DNA of 46,747 nucleotides from Thermoplasmatota archaeon (GCA_029762535.1 JARVGK010000023.1:1-46747); one strand, 5' to 3'. Shown: positions 27,915 to 39,956, counted from the stretch's first letter. Notes: a model not told the origin generated them from the letters alone. Made by a program: numbers and translations.

Positions 27915-29149
27915 GCCCACACCTCCTCGATCGCCCATCCTACATCCCTCTCGGGCTTCCAGTCGATGACCTTGGCCCCCATTGACCTCAGGTCCTTGAT
28001 GAGGTTGCGCCTCTCGAGAGCCCTCAACAGGTACATGGGAACCTCGCCCTCGTAGAGGGCCCTCTCGAAATCGATCCCGGAGGGGCTGACGACAGTAAGC
28101 GGATGCCCTCTCGTTATCAGAGCCTTGATCCCCTCTTTGACGGTCGGGTCCTCGGCCAGGGACGATAGAATGATGACGGGCATTTCGGGCGGAAGGTACG
28201 GGAGCGCGTATTCTACGGTCGAGAGCAGGTTGTTGAAGCCTCCAGAGGAGATAGCGGTTAGTGTGTGCATGATATCGTCGAAAGCCCTCTGCCCTCCGTT
28301 CGGCTTCAACACCTTGACCGTCGATCCGTATACGATAAGGCCGACGCGGTTGGACGCTCCTATTAGGACGGAGGACATGCTGGCGCAGAATCTTATGGAC
28401 CTCTCGAGCGGGTTGTCCCTGATCGGACCGGCTCTGCTGACGTTCCTCGAATCTATGAAGAGGATCACGTCCGTTACGGTCTCGGCCTCGTATTGGTTGA
28501 CGAGTAGTTTCCCCGTCCTTGCATATGCCTTCCAGTTTATCGTATTGAAGGGGTCGGTCGGGGTATAATCCCTGATCGAGTGGAACTCCTTGCCCATGCC
28601 TATCCTTCTCAGGTGCATCGCACCGGGACGTTCTTTGAGCCTCTTGAGCTCCATGGCCCCTCTTTTTCCAGGATATATCTGAGGGAGTACGCTCAATTCA
28701 TGAACGTCATCGGTCGTATCCTGGGAGAACCACAGGAACAGCGGGTCCCATCTCCTGATGATTGTAGGCCCTATCTGGTGATAGCCTCTGAGAGGCGCCT
28801 TCAAGGACATGCTCATGGTGGACCTGCCAGGAGGAAGCATCCCCTTGTTGGATCCCTTGGCGATCTCGAGCATGGGGGAGAGCCTCTCGAAGACCTCGAG
28901 GGCCCCCGCATTGCCCTTTACGGATACATCAAGCTCGACATCTATCGTTTCGCCCTCCAGGAGCCTGGAGCTCGATACGGACCTTTTTATGACGGGCGCT
29001 CCCGTATTGAAGGCCAAGGAGAGCAGAAGGAGCGAGAAACCGAAAAGTGAGGCGATCAGGAAGAATTCCGAATGCAGGGCCAGAGAAAGAATGAGAAGGG
29101 CTAGGGATACTGAGAAATATGAAGTGGCCCTGAAAGTATAATCCCTCAT
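27911..29149 (-). CDS. DUF58-domain (VWA-like) membrane protein
   Basis: Two N-terminal TMs; RGYHQIGP...DPLFL; EFHSIRDYTPTDPFNTINWKAYARTGKLLVNQYEAE; ATGA overlap at 29146-29149. Confidence 0.88.
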   Translation of the reverse strand: MRDYTFRATSYFSVSLALLILSLALHSEFFLIASLFGFSLLLLSLAFNTGAPVIKRSVSSSRLLEGETIDVELDVSVKGNAGALEVFERLSPMLEIAKGSNKGMLPPGRSTMSMSLKAPLRGYHQIGPTIIRRWDPLFLWFSQDTTDDVHELSVLPQIYPGKRGAMELKRLKERPGAMHLRRIGMGKEFHSIRDYTPTDPFNTINWKAYARTGKLLVNQYEAETVTDVILFIDSRNVSRAGPIRDNPLERSIRFCASMSSVLIGASNRVGLIVYGSTVKVLKPNGGQRAFDDIMHTLTAISSGGFNNLLSTVEYALPYLPPEMPVIILSSLAEDPTVKEGIKALITRGHPLTVVSPSGIDFERALYEGEVPMYLLRALERRNLIKDLRSMGAKVIDWKPERDVGWAIEEVWA

Positions 29150-30357
29150 TCTTCGGACCATCGGGCAACCCTCCTTATGAATTCATTTGGATCATCGGGA
29201 TCTCGCCCTCTAACGAATTCGAATATCTCGTCGTCCCCTATCATCTCCCTTAACCGGTCCCAGGACAACGAGGAGAAGGCCTCGACGGCTATCGAGCTAT
29301 CCAGCCTTACCCTGTCCAATATAACTTTCCTCAGCAGGGTCATGCTCTTCGCATCGAGATGTATGTCGATGAGCTGTGCCAGTCCCGAACGATTGAGGTA
29401 GGTCGTATGCCTGTTCTTCGACGGGGGATCGTACAGGTACACGGCCGCGACGAGGATTACGGTGGAGAGCGTCCCGACAACGATCTTGAAGTTCAGGTCG
29501 GTGGTAAGGATCACAGGCCCTCTCAAAGCGCCTTGTAGTATCGAATTGATACCCGAGGTCCTGTGGGTGGAATCATCGATCAACACCATACCTCCGCCCG
29601 GGAGGAGATAGGACGCTATGAAACGCAGGAACTCGCGATTGTCCCCCTGTTCTATCATCTCATTGGTGAAAAGGGAGGGGTCCGACATGAAAATGACGCA
29701 TCCCCCCCCCCTCTCCCTGAAATCCGGGTCCGTCGATATCGCCAGTATCTTGGATCCCGGGAACTCACCGGAAGAAATGTTTTCAGGATCCCTCAATCCG
29801 TTCCCGTTGCGGTCTATCCAAGAGGAGGGTCCGGACCTGGCTATCACATCCCCTCCGGAGGAAGCCATGCCCGAGGGCCTGTTCATGACCATGGTCCCGG
29901 AGAAGGACCTCCAGTTCACGTCCGCCATAACGAGGTCAGGGGATCCCATGAACCTCTCGTCGTAGAGCTGCCCCTCAAGGTAGTCTATGTCGAAGCTTCC
30001 GGCGAAGGTAGAGGCGGCACCCCCGTCCTCCGCAATGAGGGCCTTGCCCCCCCTTGTATGGAATTTCCTCAGGTCCTGCGTCTCGGTAGGGGTGAGAGGT
30101 CTTCCGCGTCCGAGAGATATATAGAGAACCTCCGAGGGATCCACAATGTCCAGGAGCAATGCCGGTGTTGTGAGGATCCTCTTAACATCGAACCCGTCAT
30201 CGCGCAGGGTGCGGGTCAAGAGATATGTTCCGTTGGGTCCGCGATCGTCGCTGGCTAGGGCTTTGGATTCGTTGGAGAAGACGAGAAGGTAGGATGCGGA
30301 CGATGCTATGATGACGACCAGGATGGCCGTGAGGACCTGCCATCTGGATATCCTCAC
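29146..30357 (-). CDS. DUF4350-domain protein
   Basis: N-terminal TM; GTYLL...[48 protein letters not shown]; GTGA overlap at 30354-30357. Confidence 0.75.
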   Translation of the reverse strand: MRISRWQVLTAILVVIIASSASYLLVFSNESKALASDDRGPNGTYLLTRTLRDDGFDVKRILTTPALLLDIVDPSEVLYISLGRGRPLTPTETQDLRKFHTRGGKALIAEDGGAASTFAGSFDIDYLEGQLYDERFMGSPDLVMADVNWRSFSGTMVMNRPSGMASSGGDVIARSGPSSWIDRNGNGLRDPENISSGEFPGSKILAISTDPDFRERGGGCVIFMSDPSLFTNEMIEQGDNREFLRFIASYLLPGGGMVLIDDSTHRTSGINSILQGALRGPVILTTDLNFKIVVGTLSTVILVAAVYLYDPPSKNRHTTYLNRSGLAQLIDIHLDAKSMTLLRKVILDRVRLDSSIAVEAFSSLSWDRLREMIGDDEIFEFVRGRDPDDPNEFIRRVARWSEE

Positions 30358-33300
30358 GGCCCTACCTCCTTGTCACCGAGCAATCCTTTCAGATCGCCCT
30401 CATGGTCCACCTTTACCATGCCAATTATCCTTTTTGACCCTCGGGGTGATGTCTCGGGAGCGGCCTGCAGCATCAGCTGCCCTGAGCCCTCCAGGGCCTT
30501 TACCGTTTCGGACTCGAGCAATCTGGACCTTGGTATCGCCGCGGGGTCCATGTCATGATCGGAGTATCTGGCCTCCATGAACAGGTCAGTCAGCTTCCCA
30601 AGTGTCCTCCCGCCCGATTCGCCAAGCGACGCCCCTACCCTTTCTTTGAACTCGTAGGGCGTTGTCCCTTCCGGTCGGGGGGCACCCCTGTTCGCCATCT
30701 GACCTAGAACGTTCCTGTACGATCTTGTGACCTCTTCCTGCACGGGACCTTTGGGTGTGAAATGGTAAAGGGAATCCCTGGCCGTGTCCAGCTTCCTTTT
30801 GCTCTCGCGTCTTTTCAATGCGATCGTGAATCGGGCCGCGGCGTAGATGAAGACCGTGAGGACCACGAGGGCAGCGATACCCATCAGGATCCCTTTCCAC
30901 GGCGGACCATTCCCGTTGGTCCTTTCATCGGGCATGGTGAAATTGGCCGATGAAGGCAGATGCCCCTCATCGCCGAGGTATTGGATCGATATGGTCGCCC
31001 CGCTCTCATATGGAGCGGTATCCAGGAGCACGCTCCCGTTCTCGGATGTCGTTAAGGTGGAGAAGTCCACGCCTGTTCCGATCCTTAAAAGGCGATCGGG
31101 GAGGGCTCTTCCGTAGTGGTCCTTCAACCGTACATGCAACCCATCCGCCTGGAGAGCCACCTCCAAGCTCGTGGGGGATACGGTCCGTACAATGGCCCTG
31201 TGCTCCACCGGCATGTACCAGCCCGATCTCTGGTCCTTGAGGTCCTTGAACCTCACGATCACGAGTATACTGTTCAAAGAGCGTCCTGTTGGTGGTGTGT
31301 ATGTCAGTTCGAACCTGCCACCCTCTGAAATGTCGGCACGGGCCACGGATTCCCCGTTGAAGAGAAGCTCCATGGCATCGGCCCCTTCGATCCCGCTTCC
31401 GGAATCCTCGAATATCCTTCCTTTCACTGAGAATGTCCCGCCCAGGACGAACTCCTCGGGCAGGCTATAGAACTCCAGGTAGGTCCTGGAAGTTACGAAC
31501 ACCATGAAATCGGAGAATGATTGGATCACGTCCCCTTCCGGGGAGGTCCTGACTATGTCCAGGGGCCTGGCTCCCAGCTCTTCGCCGTAAGGGATGGTCA
31601 CATCAAGAACGGCGTATCCGGTGCTGTTGGTTATCACATCCCTCTCTGCAAGCCAGCTCGTGTTGCGGGAAGAGATCCTGAGGGTGGCCCCGGCTATGGG
31701 CCTTCCGGTCCTCCCTCTGAGCTGGAACATGATGGTGTTCGATTCACCGCGGATGATCATCGGCTCCTGTATGAGAAGAATGCCCTCGTCCGTGACCGAG
31801 AACGATGATGAGCCTGCCTCGGTCCATACGCCATCGATGGATATCGATATGGTCAAGCGGTAGACGCCCCTTTTGAACAGATCGGGTTCTATCTCCAATT
31901 CCAATAGGAGGTCCCCGGGGCTAAGGATCCCATCGATGTAGCGTATGGGCCGCGATCGGGCATCCTCCATGACGGTAACGTTGTAAGGGACGCCGTCGAG
32001 GAATTCGGGGACGGAACGAACGTTGATGACGACCTTCTCACCGATGCCCGCTATCGAGGGGACCACCATGACCGTTAGTGGGTCCCCCTCAACGACTTCG
32101 ACCTCGATCTCCGAGATCGAACCTCTCAGGAACTGATCGCCTTGATATTCGGCCGTGAGCCTGTAGGTACCTGGGACCTGTGGGGCCGTTGATCCAATTA
32201 GGAACTCGCCGGATCCTGTGGTGGTAAGGGCGATATCATCATCCCAATGGGTTATCCGGACCTCCGCGGCACCCGGGGAAAGACCTCCGTTCTCGAGGAG
32301 CCTGCCTGATATGTCGAATTCGGCCCCGGTCAAAAACACTCTGTCCGGACCGAGCTCGATATGGGTGATCGATCTGACGATGAGATCGCCGGGATCCGAT
32401 ATGGCCTTCAGGTAGAGTACCCCGTCCAATCTGGATTGGGAACCGACCGCGAACAGCCTGACCTCGCCGAAAGGAGTGGCATCCCTCATCCGGCATCTGA
32501 TGCTGAAGCTACCGTCCTCGCCAGTGACCCCGGTACCGACTATGTAATCCGGGTTCCTGTCGAGGGATATTGCAGCCCTTGCATCCACCTCTTTTTCGGT
32601 AAGCAGTATTATGACCGGGATCCCCGCTCTTGGCTGTCCTGACCGCGTCAGGACCTGTCCGCTAATGCCGAATCCGTTCAGGGATCCATCCACATATTTT
32701 TCCAGGGAAGTTGGCGGTTCGACCATCCTTATACTGGTCCTATCCTCTGGAAATGTACCGGTCCCTGGATCTCCCCAGTCCAGTGGGTTCCAACCTCGGT
32801 TCACCTCTGTTCCGTCGTTTATGGAATCGAGGTCGGTATCCCTGTTGAGAGGGTCCGTTCTGTGATCGATATTGCCATCACCGGTCCAGTCCAACTCGGA
32901 TCTATCGTAGATGTGGGTGATCTCTATGTAATCGGAAAGCCCGTCGCCGTCAGTGTCTGACTTGAGCGGGTCGGTACCGTATATCATCACCTCTTCATAG
33001 TCAGTGAGCCCATCGCCGTCAGTGTCGGCCATGAGCGGGTTGGTGCCATATATCAGAACCTCCTCCCCGTCGCTCAATCCGTCGCCATCAGTGTCCCAGA
33101 GATCTGGCGAGGGGTAATGGTCCAGACGGCCATCGCCGTCCCAGTCCGTCGTCGTTTCAGCATAATAATAGGTGTAACTCTCATCGAAATCGAAGAGGAA
33201 ATCCCCGTCCGAGTCAAGGTATATCCCATCATCGTTCGGGTCCAGGGGATCCAGGCCCATCTTCACCTCGAAACCATCCATGGCCCCTCCGCCATCGGTG

Positions 33301-36300
33301 TCCGGGTCCAAGGGGTCGGTCTCGTATATCACCACCTCTTCATGGTCCGTGAGTCCGTCTCCGTCCGTGTCAGGATCGTTGGGGTCGGTTCCGAATTCCC
33401 TTTCTCCGTAACGGAACTCGCCCTCGAACATCACGTTGTATCCATCGAGCAATCCGTCCCCGTCGGAGTCGGGGTTCAAGGGGTCCGTGGGCCCGTACGG
33501 GCTGTTGAAACCCAATTCCCCTTTGACTACCCTGCCGTCCTTATTGACATCGTATCCATCCCACAATCCATCCCCGTCGGTGTCGGGTTTTAATGGATCG
33601 GTACCCTGGCGAACTTCGACACCGTCCGATAGCCCGTCTCCGTCCGTGTCCGGGTTGGCCGGGTCGGTCTCACCCTCGTCAACGATGCCGTTGCGGTTCC
33701 TGTCCTCCTCTCCGTCAAGAAGCCCGTCTCCGTCCGTGTCGGGGTCGTTCCATTTCGTTCTTGACCACGAGGCGTTCTCTATGTAATCGGGGATACCATC
33801 CCCGTCGCTGTCGATTATGTAGATATCGTCCCCGCTCCAGAGCGGATCGAACGGGACCGTTGTATTGAAAAGCTCGAAACCGTCCGATGCCCCTCCACCA
33901 TCAGTGTCAGGGTTCAGCGGGTCGGTCTCACCGGGGCCGGCCCCGTTGTTCCAATCCCCCTCATCGACGATCCCGTTCAGATCGCGGTCCTCGTATTCCC
34001 CCACATCCCTCTTTCCGTTACGGGGCAGCCCTCTCCATCCGTCTATCCACCCGTCAGGCAGCCCGTCCCCGTCGGTGTCCTGGTTCAAGGGGTCAGTGCC
34101 TGAGACGAAAAGCTCGATCCAGTCGGTCAGTCCGTCGTGGTCCCCGTCCACCTTCGTTGGGTCCGACGGGTACCCGAAAACTCCCGATATCTCGTCGGGA
34201 TCAAGTATCCCGTCGGCGTCCGTATCGTTCGAATGTGGATTGGTTATGTAACCGTCCTCTCCCGGGACCATCTCCTCCCCATCGGGGATCGTGTCGTTGT
34301 CGCAGTCCGGGTTGAGGGGGTCGGTGATCCAGCCCAGTGTTCCCCAGACCTCGTGCGAGTCCAGGGCGCCATCCCCGTCGGTGTCCTGGTCGAACGGGTC
34401 CGTCCCCAGCCGCAGCTCTTCGATGTCCGTGAGCCCGTCCTGGTCGGAATCTAGCAGCAAACCGTCATCCGATGGGTCCAGGGGGTCCAGGCCGTTCCTG
34501 ATCTCCGCCCCGTCCTCCGCACCGCCCCCGTCGGTGTCGGGGTCGAGCGGGTCTGTCAGGAATATCTTCACTTCGTCCCCGTCGGAGAGCCCGTCCCCGT
34601 CGGTGTCGGGGTCGAGCGGGTCCGTGCCGTGAACGAATATCTCATCGCTGTCGCTCAGCCCATCGAGGTCGGTATCGTTCCTGAGCGGATCCGTCCGATG
34701 CTTGAAGATCTCGTCGCGGTCGCTCAAGGTGTCCCCATCGGTGTCGGGATCTAATGGGTCCGTCCCGTAGATGTTCACTTCGTCCCCGTCGGAGAGCCCG
34801 TCCCCGTCGGTGTCGGGGTTGAGCGGGTCCGTGCCCGAGATGAGCACTTCGTATCCGTCCCTCAATCCGTCCTTGTCTGTATCGGGATCGTCCGGATCCG
34901 TCCCGTGGAGAAGCTCGGACGCGTCGTCGAGTCCGTCCCCGTCCCTATCGTCAATGGGAAAATCGTCCAGCGGTTCCAGAGGATCCCTGCCGAGCAGGAC
35001 CTCCAGTAGATCGCTGAGACCGCCCCCGTCGGTGTCGGGGTTGAGTGGGTCCGTGCCAATCATCGCCTCATGGCCGTCGGAGAGCCCGTCCCTGTCGCTG
35101 TCCTTAAGGACGGGGTCCGTCCCGTAGATGTTCACTTCGTCCCCGTCGGAGAGCCCGTCACCGTCCGTGTCAGGGTTCAGTGGGTCAGTGTAATGTCGGA
35201 GCACCTCCTCGCCGTCGAGTATCCCGTCCCCGTCGGTATCGTTCATGAGAGGATCGGTCATATAGATTCGAAGCTCGTCCCCGTCGAGTATCCCGTCCCC
35301 GTCCGTATCGGGGTTGAGCGGGTCGGTCCCGAAGATGGCCTCCATCGTATCGGGTATTCCGTCCCCGTCAACATCCGGCGGATGCGGGCCGTTATCGAAG
35401 ACCAACGGGTTCGTGCCGAGCCACCAGACCTCCTGGCCGTCAGTGAGCCCATCCCCGTCGGTGTCGGGGTTGAGCGGGTCCGTTCCGTAGGTATTCACCT
35501 CCTGGCCGTCGAGTATCCCGTCCCCGTCGGTATCGGGGTTGAGCGGGTCGGTGAAGTGGATCATGATCTCGTCATGATCGCTCGATCCGTCGCCGTCCGT
35601 GTCGATCCTGCGGGGGTCCGTCCCGTATAAGTGTGTCTCGTCATGATCGCTCAATCCATCTCCATCCGTATCCGCCTTGAGCGGGTCGGTGAAGTAGAGC
35701 ATGATCTCGTCATGATCGCTCAATCCGTCGCCGTCCGTATCGACCGATGTGGGGTCCGTCCCATAAGAATAGTATTCATGGCCGTCGAGGAGTCCGTCCC
35801 CGTCGGTATCGGGGTTCATGGGGCTTGTCCCTATCAGAGATTCGAGGTCGTCAGGAAGTCCGTCCAGGTCCCTGTCGTTGATCATCCTGTCGTCGAGTAT
35901 GTCCAGCGGGTCCATTCCAAGTGATATCTCTATGCCGTCCGGGACGCCACCCCCGTCGGTGTCGGGGTTGAGCGGGTCCGTCCCGAAGATGTTCACCTCG
36001 TCCCCGTCGGATAAGGAGTCCCCGTCCGTGTCCCAGTTCGTAGGATCCGTGAAGTGTATGTTCACTTCATCCCCGTCCCATAGCCCGTCCCTGTCAGTAT
36101 CGACCAGGAACGGGTTGGTCCCGAGCATGGCCTCCTCCCTGTTGGTGAGCCCGTCCCCATCCGGATCGGCGTCTGGATGAAGGTCCGCTCCGGACGCGCT
36201 GCTGAAGACGCCTCCTCCGTCCCCTCCGTTGATCCCTATTACCATAGGATCGATCCCGTCCGCTCGGGGGCGTAGGAATCTTTCAGGTGCGGGGGTGGAC

Positions 36301-37823
36301 GGGGTCGTCTCGACCGGAACCCATCCAGCTCCTGCCAGGTGGATCTCGCTCCATACGTGGAGATGCCCCGCTTTATAGGTCCGCAGGCCATGATCTTCCT
36401 GTCCGAGAGCGTATCCGACGACGAGCCGCGAGGGAATTCCCAGAACTCTCGAAATTATTGTGAAAGCGGTGGAGAAGTCCAGGGGGTCCCCTCTTCTCGT
36501 CCTGAAGAGGAGATCGTGGACCGGTTCCCCGCCGGATTCGTCCATTGTGCCCTCGGTCGATAGTGAGCATATCTCATGTATGGCCTCGAGAACGGCGATC
36601 GACAGTTCGACGGGTGAAGCATCGGGAAATTCCTTTCCGATCCTCTGAGCGAAGGTGATGACGTTCTCGTCCATCTCGGTCGAATAGCTCAGATAATATC
36701 CTGGCGTATCTCCCGTTGAATTGATGCGGGAAACGTCGCCGGTCGCGTTCCCGGCGATGGTGACCATATAGGATCCTGTCGGGACGAAAGAATATAGGGT
36801 GCCGGAATGGAAGAAGGGCTCCCTCTTTCCGGAGTCGGGGAAAGTGGGATGTATCCTTACGTACGAAGCCAAGCCCGCACCGTAAGGCGTCGGTATGGAG
36901 CTGGACCAGTAACCGTTTAGCGTTATCGTATGGTTCCGTCCTTCGGTCAGTGATCGCCCCTCATCCTCGGGATCCGGTACCTGGACCCAGGTCGATCCAT
37001 CGAGCAAGGCGTATGCTGAGACCGGAACGTATCTGGGACCCACCCCTTCAACGGTAAAGGCCATTTCGTTGATGTTTTCCAATAGCCTGATCTCGTAGGG
37101 AGAGGGTGCCCCGTGATGACCCCTTATCGTGTCGTAATGGAGCGGGTCCCAGCCTCCGAGGAACTCGTCCAGGTTGTTCCTTCCGTCGCCGTCGGCGTCT
37201 CCCTGCGGATCGCTGATGCCGTAGAACCTCTCCCAATCATCGTCAAGGCCGTTGCCGTCCAAGTCGAGCAGGACTCCGTTCGACGTATCGAATGCATCCG
37301 GGACCATGTCGCCGTCGGAGTCCGGGTCCAGGGGGTCCGTTCCCGCCTCCACCTCGTAGCCGTCGCTGAGCCCGTCGCCGTCGATGTCCGGGTCGATGAT
37401 GTTGACCACGCCGTCGCCATCAAGGTCCGCGAGTGGCCCCATGGGTGAGTAGAGGAAAACGTCATCCTTCGTCCCGGTGAGCCTCCCGACGATCCACGAC
37501 GGGTCCCTTCCTATCCCGGCGGACCTGTTGAGCAGCATGTCCCGCTCGAACCCGTCGCTGAGCCCGTCGCCGTCCGTATCGGCTATGAAAGGGTGCGTGG
37601 GATAAAGTTCCGAGCCGTCGATGATGCCGTTTAGGTTCAGGTCCTCCTGAACATCCTTGATCCCATCGCCGTCCGTATCGATCCCCGGTGCGGCCTTGCC
37701 CGTACCGGACGGATCGAACGGCGAGTACATATGCTGCGCGGGTCCTAAGCTGATCAGGAACGAGGCCGAGATGACGATGGCCGCGATGGACACTATTGTC
37801 ATGTATATCGCCGGCAGCCTCAT
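30354..37823 (-). CDS. Giant surface protein (2489 aa): Ca-binding DxDxDG repeats, transglutaminase-like domain (catalytic Cys absent), Ig-like domains, TM, DUF4129-like tail
   Basis: ~50 DTDGDG-type repeats; LLF.TRRG...F...[12 protein letters not shown]...HVWSEI...GWVP.ETTP; [20 protein letters not shown]; [10 protein letters not shown]...[11 protein letters not shown] (DUF4129). Confidence 0.85.
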   Translation of the reverse strand: MRLPAIYMTIVSIAAIVISASFLISLGPAQHMYSPFDPSGTGKAAPGIDTDGDGIKDVQEDLNLNGIIDGSELYPTHPFIADTDGDGLSDGFERDMLLNRSAGIGRDPSWIVGRLTGTKDDVFLYSPMGPLADLDGDGVVNIIDPDIDGDGLSDGYEVEAGTDPLDPDSDGDMVPDAFDTSNGVLLDLDGNGLDDDWERFYGISDPQGDADGDGRNNLDEFLGGWDPLHYDTIRGHHGAPSPYEIRLLENINEMAFTVEGVGPRYVPVSAYALLDGSTWVQVPDPEDEGRSLTEGRNHTITLNGYWSSSIPTPYGAGLASYVRIHPTFPDSGKREPFFHSGTLYSFVPTGSYMVTIAGNATGDVSRINSTGDTPGYYLSYSTEMDENVITFAQRIGKEFPDASPVELSIAVLEAIHEICSLSTEGTMDESGGEPVHDLLFRTRRGDPLDFSTAFTIISRVLGIPSRLVVGYALGQEDHGLRTYKAGHLHVWSEIHLAGAGWVPVETTPSTPAPERFLRPRADGIDPMVIGINGGDGGGVFSSASGADLHPDADPDGDGLTNREEAMLGTNPFLVDTDRDGLWDGDEVNIHFTDPTNWDTDGDSLSDGDEVNIFGTDPLNPDTDGGGVPDGIEISLGMDPLDILDDRMINDRDLDGLPDDLESLIGTSPMNPDTDGDGLLDGHEYYSYGTDPTSVDTDGDGLSDHDEIMLYFTDPLKADTDGDGLSDHDETHLYGTDPRRIDTDGDGSSDHDEIMIHFTDPLNPDTDGDGILDGQEVNTYGTDPLNPDTDGDGLTDGQEVWWLGTNPLVFDNGPHPPDVDGDGIPDTMEAIFGTDPLNPDTDGDGILDGDELRIYMTDPLMNDTDGDGILDGEEVLRHYTDPLNPDTDGDGLSDGDEVNIYGTDPVLKDSDRDGLSDGHEAMIGTDPLNPDTDGGGLSDLLEVLLGRDPLEPLDDFPIDDRDGDGLDDASELLHGTDPDDPDTDKDGLRDGYEVLISGTDPLNPDTDGDGLSDGDEVNIYGTDPLDPDTDGDTLSDRDEIFKHRTDPLRNDTDLDGLSDSDEIFVHGTDPLDPDTDGDGLSDGDEVKIFLTDPLDPDTDGGGAEDGAEIRNGLDPLDPSDDGLLLDSDQDGLTDIEELRLGTDPFDQDTDGDGALDSHEVWGTLGWITDPLNPDCDNDTIPDGEEMVPGEDGYITNPHSNDTDADGILDPDEISGVFGYPSDPTKVDGDHDGLTDWIELFVSGTDPLNQDTDGDGLPDGWIDGWRGLPRNGKRDVGEYEDRDLNGIVDEGDWNNGAGPGETDPLNPDTDGGGASDGFELFNTTVPFDPLWSGDDIYIIDSDGDGIPDYIENASWSRTKWNDPDTDGDGLLDGEEDRNRNGIVDEGETDPANPDTDGDGLSDGVEVRQGTDPLKPDTDGDGLWDGYDVNKDGRVVKGELGFNSPYGPTDPLNPDSDGDGLLDGYNVMFEGEFRYGEREFGTDPNDPDTDGDGLTDHEEVVIYETDPLDPDTDGGGAMDGFEVKMGLDPLDPNDDGIYLDSDGDFLFDFDESYTYYYAETTTDWDGDGRLDHYPSPDLWDTDGDGLSDGEEVLIYGTNPLMADTDGDGLTDYEEVMIYGTDPLKSDTDGDGLSDYIEITHIYDRSELDWTGDGNIDHRTDPLNRDTDLDSINDGTEVNRGWNPLDWGDPGTGTFPEDRTSIRMVEPPTSLEKYVDGSLNGFGISGQVLTRSGQPRAGIPVIILLTEKEVDARAAISLDRNPDYIVGTGVTGEDGSFSIRCRMRDATPFGEVRLFAVGSQSRLDGVLYLKAISDPGDLIVRSITHIELGPDRVFLTGAEFDISGRLLENGGLSPGAAEVRITHWDDDIALTTTGSGEFLIGSTAPQVPGTYRLTAEYQGDQFLRGSISEIEVEVVEGDPLTVMVVPSIAGIGEKVVINVRSVPEFLDGVPYNVTVMEDARSRPIRYIDGILSPGDLLLELEIEPDLFKRGVYRLTISISIDGVWTEAGSSSFSVTDEGILLIQEPMIIRGESNTIMFQLRGRTGRPIAGATLRISSRNTSWLAERDVITNSTGYAVLDVTIPYGEELGARPLDIVRTSPEGDVIQSFSDFMVFVTSRTYLEFYSLPEEFVLGGTFSVKGRIFEDSGSGIEGADAMELLFNGESVARADISEGGRFELTYTPPTGRSLNSILVIVRFKDLKDQRSGWYMPVEHRAIVRTVSPTSLEVALQADGLHVRLKDHYGRALPDRLLRIGTGVDFSTLTTSENGSVLLDTAPYESGATISIQYLGDEGHLPSSANFTMPDERTNGNGPPWKGILMGIAALVVLTVFIYAAARFTIALKRRESKRKLDTARDSLYHFTPKGPVQEEVTRSYRNVLGQMANRGAPRPEGTTPYEFKERVGASLGESGGRTLGKLTDLFMEARYSDHDMDPAAIPRSRLLESETVKALEGSGQLMLQAAPETSPRGSKRIIGMVKVDHEGDLKGLLGDKEVGP
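32780..36170 (-). repeat. Coding repeat array of ~45 (DPLNP)[15 protein letters not shown] units (thrombospondin type 3-like Ca-binding)
   Basis: Recurrent CCGTCCCCGTCGGTGTCGGGGTTGAGCGGGTCCGT-like segments at ~69-72 nt period. Confidence 0.9.
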
Positions 37824-37998
37824 TCACTTCACCTGAATTACCGATCGAAGGGCCCGGTCGGAAAGTGATTTCGGGCCCCTGAGGAAACATTACCTCGTTC
37901 GAGCGTATATATCTGTTGTTGTACGCCAGTCTTCAGTGATTGGTCCTTATATATTGGTTATGCCTACTTGTGGGACCAACAAAGCGGACGGGACTACC

Positions 37999-39156
37999 AT
38001 GCTGGACAGGAAGATGGTGCAGGATATTGCAAGGAGTTACGAATGTTCCAATGTAAAGATAGGCGTCATAGGGTCACACAGCGCTCTCGATACTTGCGAC
38101 GGCGCGGTCGAGGAAGGGTTCAGGACCGTGGCGTTCTGCCAGAAGGGGAGGGGGAGGACCTATGACAGGTACTTCCTCGCCAAGAGGGATCCCGACGGAC
38201 GCGTGGTGAGGGGGGTGGTCGATGAGCCGATCCTCCTTGACAGGTTCAGGGACGTGATGGAGAAGAGATGGCAGGACTGGATGAGAGAGAACAGCGTGCT
38301 GTTCGTTCCGAACAGGGCGTTGACATCCTATGCGAGCATCGTATCGGTCGAGGATGAGTTCGCCATACCGCTAATAGGAAGCAGGAACATGCTGAGGTCC
38401 GAGGAGAGGGAGGAGCAGCAGAGCTATTATTGGTTGCTAGAGAAGGCGGGGCTCCCGTTCCCCGATAGGGTATCCGATCCGGATCGGATCGATTCGCTCA
38501 CAATAGTCAAGCTTCATCACAAGCAGAAGAAGCTGGAGAGGGGCTTCTTCACGGCATCCTCTCCCGAAGAGTACCACGAGAAGGCGCGTAAGCTCATCGC
38601 CTCGAACGTGATAGACGAGGAGACGCTGAGAACGGCCCGAATGGAGCGCTACGTGATAGGCCCCGTCTTCAACTTCGATTTCTTCTACTCTCCCTTGGAG
38701 GAGGAATATTCCCCGATCGAGCTCATTGGCGTGGACTGGAGGTTCGAGACGTCCCTGGACGGGCACGTCAGGCTACCGGCGGAGCAGCAGCTGTCCCTTA
38801 AACCGTCCCAGTTCATGCCGGAGTACACGGTATGCGGACACAACTCGGCGACGGTGAGGGAATCGCTACTTGAAAGGGTATTCCCCATGGCGGAGAAGTT
38901 CGTTTCGGCAGCAAAGGAGCATTACGATCCCGGGATAATAGGCCCTTTCTGCCTGCAGACATGCGTCGATAAGGACCTGAACTTCTACATTTACGACGTC
39001 GCCCCGAGAACGGGAGGAGGCACGAACGTGCATATGTGGGTGGGCCATCCTTACGGCAACTCCCTGTGGAGAGGCCCCGTCTCCACCGGACGGAGGCTGG
39101 CCATGGAGGTGAGAAGGGCCCAAGACGAGGAGAGGCTCGAAGAGATCGTAACATAG
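37999..39156 (+). CDS. purP: PurP-family ATP-grasp protein (formate--phosphoribosylaminoimidazolecarboxamide ligase family)
   Basis: IGVIGSHSALD..DGAVEEGFRT, FVPNR, GSRNMLRSEER, ERGFF, IIGPFCLQT, YDVAPR.GGGTN, STGRRLAMEV; ATG at 37999. Confidence 0.88.
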   Translation: MLDRKMVQDIARSYECSNVKIGVIGSHSALDTCDGAVEEGFRTVAFCQKGRGRTYDRYFLAKRDPDGRVVRGVVDEPILLDRFRDVMEKRWQDWMRENSVLFVPNRALTSYASIVSVEDEFAIPLIGSRNMLRSEEREEQQSYYWLLEKAGLPFPDRVSDPDRIDSLTIVKLHHKQKKLERGFFTASSPEEYHEKARKLIASNVIDEETLRTARMERYVIGPVFNFDFFYSPLEEEYSPIELIGVDWRFETSLDGHVRLPAEQQLSLKPSQFMPEYTVCGHNSATVRESLLERVFPMAEKFVSAAKEHYDPGIIGPFCLQTCVDKDLNFYIYDVAPRTGGGTNVHMWVGHPYGNSLWRGPVSTGRRLAMEVRRAQDEERLEEIVT

Positions 39157-39232
39157 AGTTACGGCCTCTCATTAATAAGAAGTTATTTATATCATCCCGT
39201 CCCATATATAAGAGGCCTATGGGGGAATAGCA

Positions 39233-39466
39233 ATGGCCTTCGAGTCAATTAGGAAGTTCTTCAAGTTCGGATCGGCATCCGCTCAAGCTGGCGTAGAGGA
39301 GGAGAGGAAGCATCTCATCGACAGCGAGCTCGACTCCTTCGAGCGTGACATACAGGAATACCTTGACTATACCCAGTCCCATGATAGGACCGCCGGCCCT
39401 GAGATGCCCCCCAAATTCGCTCAGGGCGGAGGGATCGCCCAGGTAAAACCCGAAAAAGAAGCTTAG
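39233..39466 (+). CDS. Small hypothetical protein (77 aa)
   Basis: TTTATATC box and GGGGAA RBS upstream; fills the gap between purP and the convergent gene. Confidence 0.55.
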   Translation: MAFESIRKFFKFGSASAQAGVEEERKHLIDSELDSFERDIQEYLDYTQSHDRTAGPEMPPKFAQGGGIAQVKPEKEA

Positions 39467-39469
39467 TCC

Positions 39470-39841
39470 CTAATCCTCTTCCAGGGCCAGTATGGCCTCT
39501 CTGGCCTTTTCGAGCAAGAGGTCGTGCATCTCCCTCCAGCGTACGTTTGGGACAGTCTCGTTCTTGGAGAGTTCCAATTCCGCCTCCTCGATGAAAGATG
39601 GGATGTATGTGCTTCTCTTTTCGAACTCGGCCCTCGCCCTCTCCAAAAGGAATGTGTATAGTTCCTTCCATTCCGCCTCATCCCCCTCGATGGTGCCCTG
39701 CATCAATCGGGCACTCAGGAAAGGATAGCGTTTGTTAACGATGGTCCTGCCGCATCCCGGGCATTCCCAGGATGGGTCCTCCGTGGATACCGGGAATTCC
39801 CTCCTGCACTCCTCATCGCCGCATACCACCTTTATCTGCAT
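39470..39841 (-). CDS. Small Zn-ribbon protein with helical C-terminal domain
   Basis: CGDEEC...WECPGC; GGAGG RBS upstream. Confidence 0.7.
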   Translation of the reverse strand: MQIKVVCGDEECRREFPVSTEDPSWECPGCGRTIVNKRYPFLSARLMQGTIEGDEAEWKELYTFLLERARAEFEKRSTYIPSFIEEAELELSKNETVPNVRWREMHDLLLEKAREAILALEED

Positions 39842-39956
39842 CGTCAGCCTCCGTTATCGCTCGACCTTAAGGGGCAGGAATATCTATGTTTTTTCCTTTC
39901 TTTCGGCCACCCCTCCGGCAGCATGTATATTCTCTTACACCCAGGGTCGGGTCCTC

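Noticed and set aside
32780-36170. Near-identical DNA repeats as a DGR template/variable repeat or non-coding array
   Set aside because: Fully explained by in-frame protein repeats; no reverse transcriptase and no adenine-specific mismatch pattern noticed.
39732-39956. N-terminal extension of the helicase ORF
   Set aside because: Overlaps the opposite-strand Zn-ribbon gene and intergenic promoter; the Q motif starts right after ATG at 39957.
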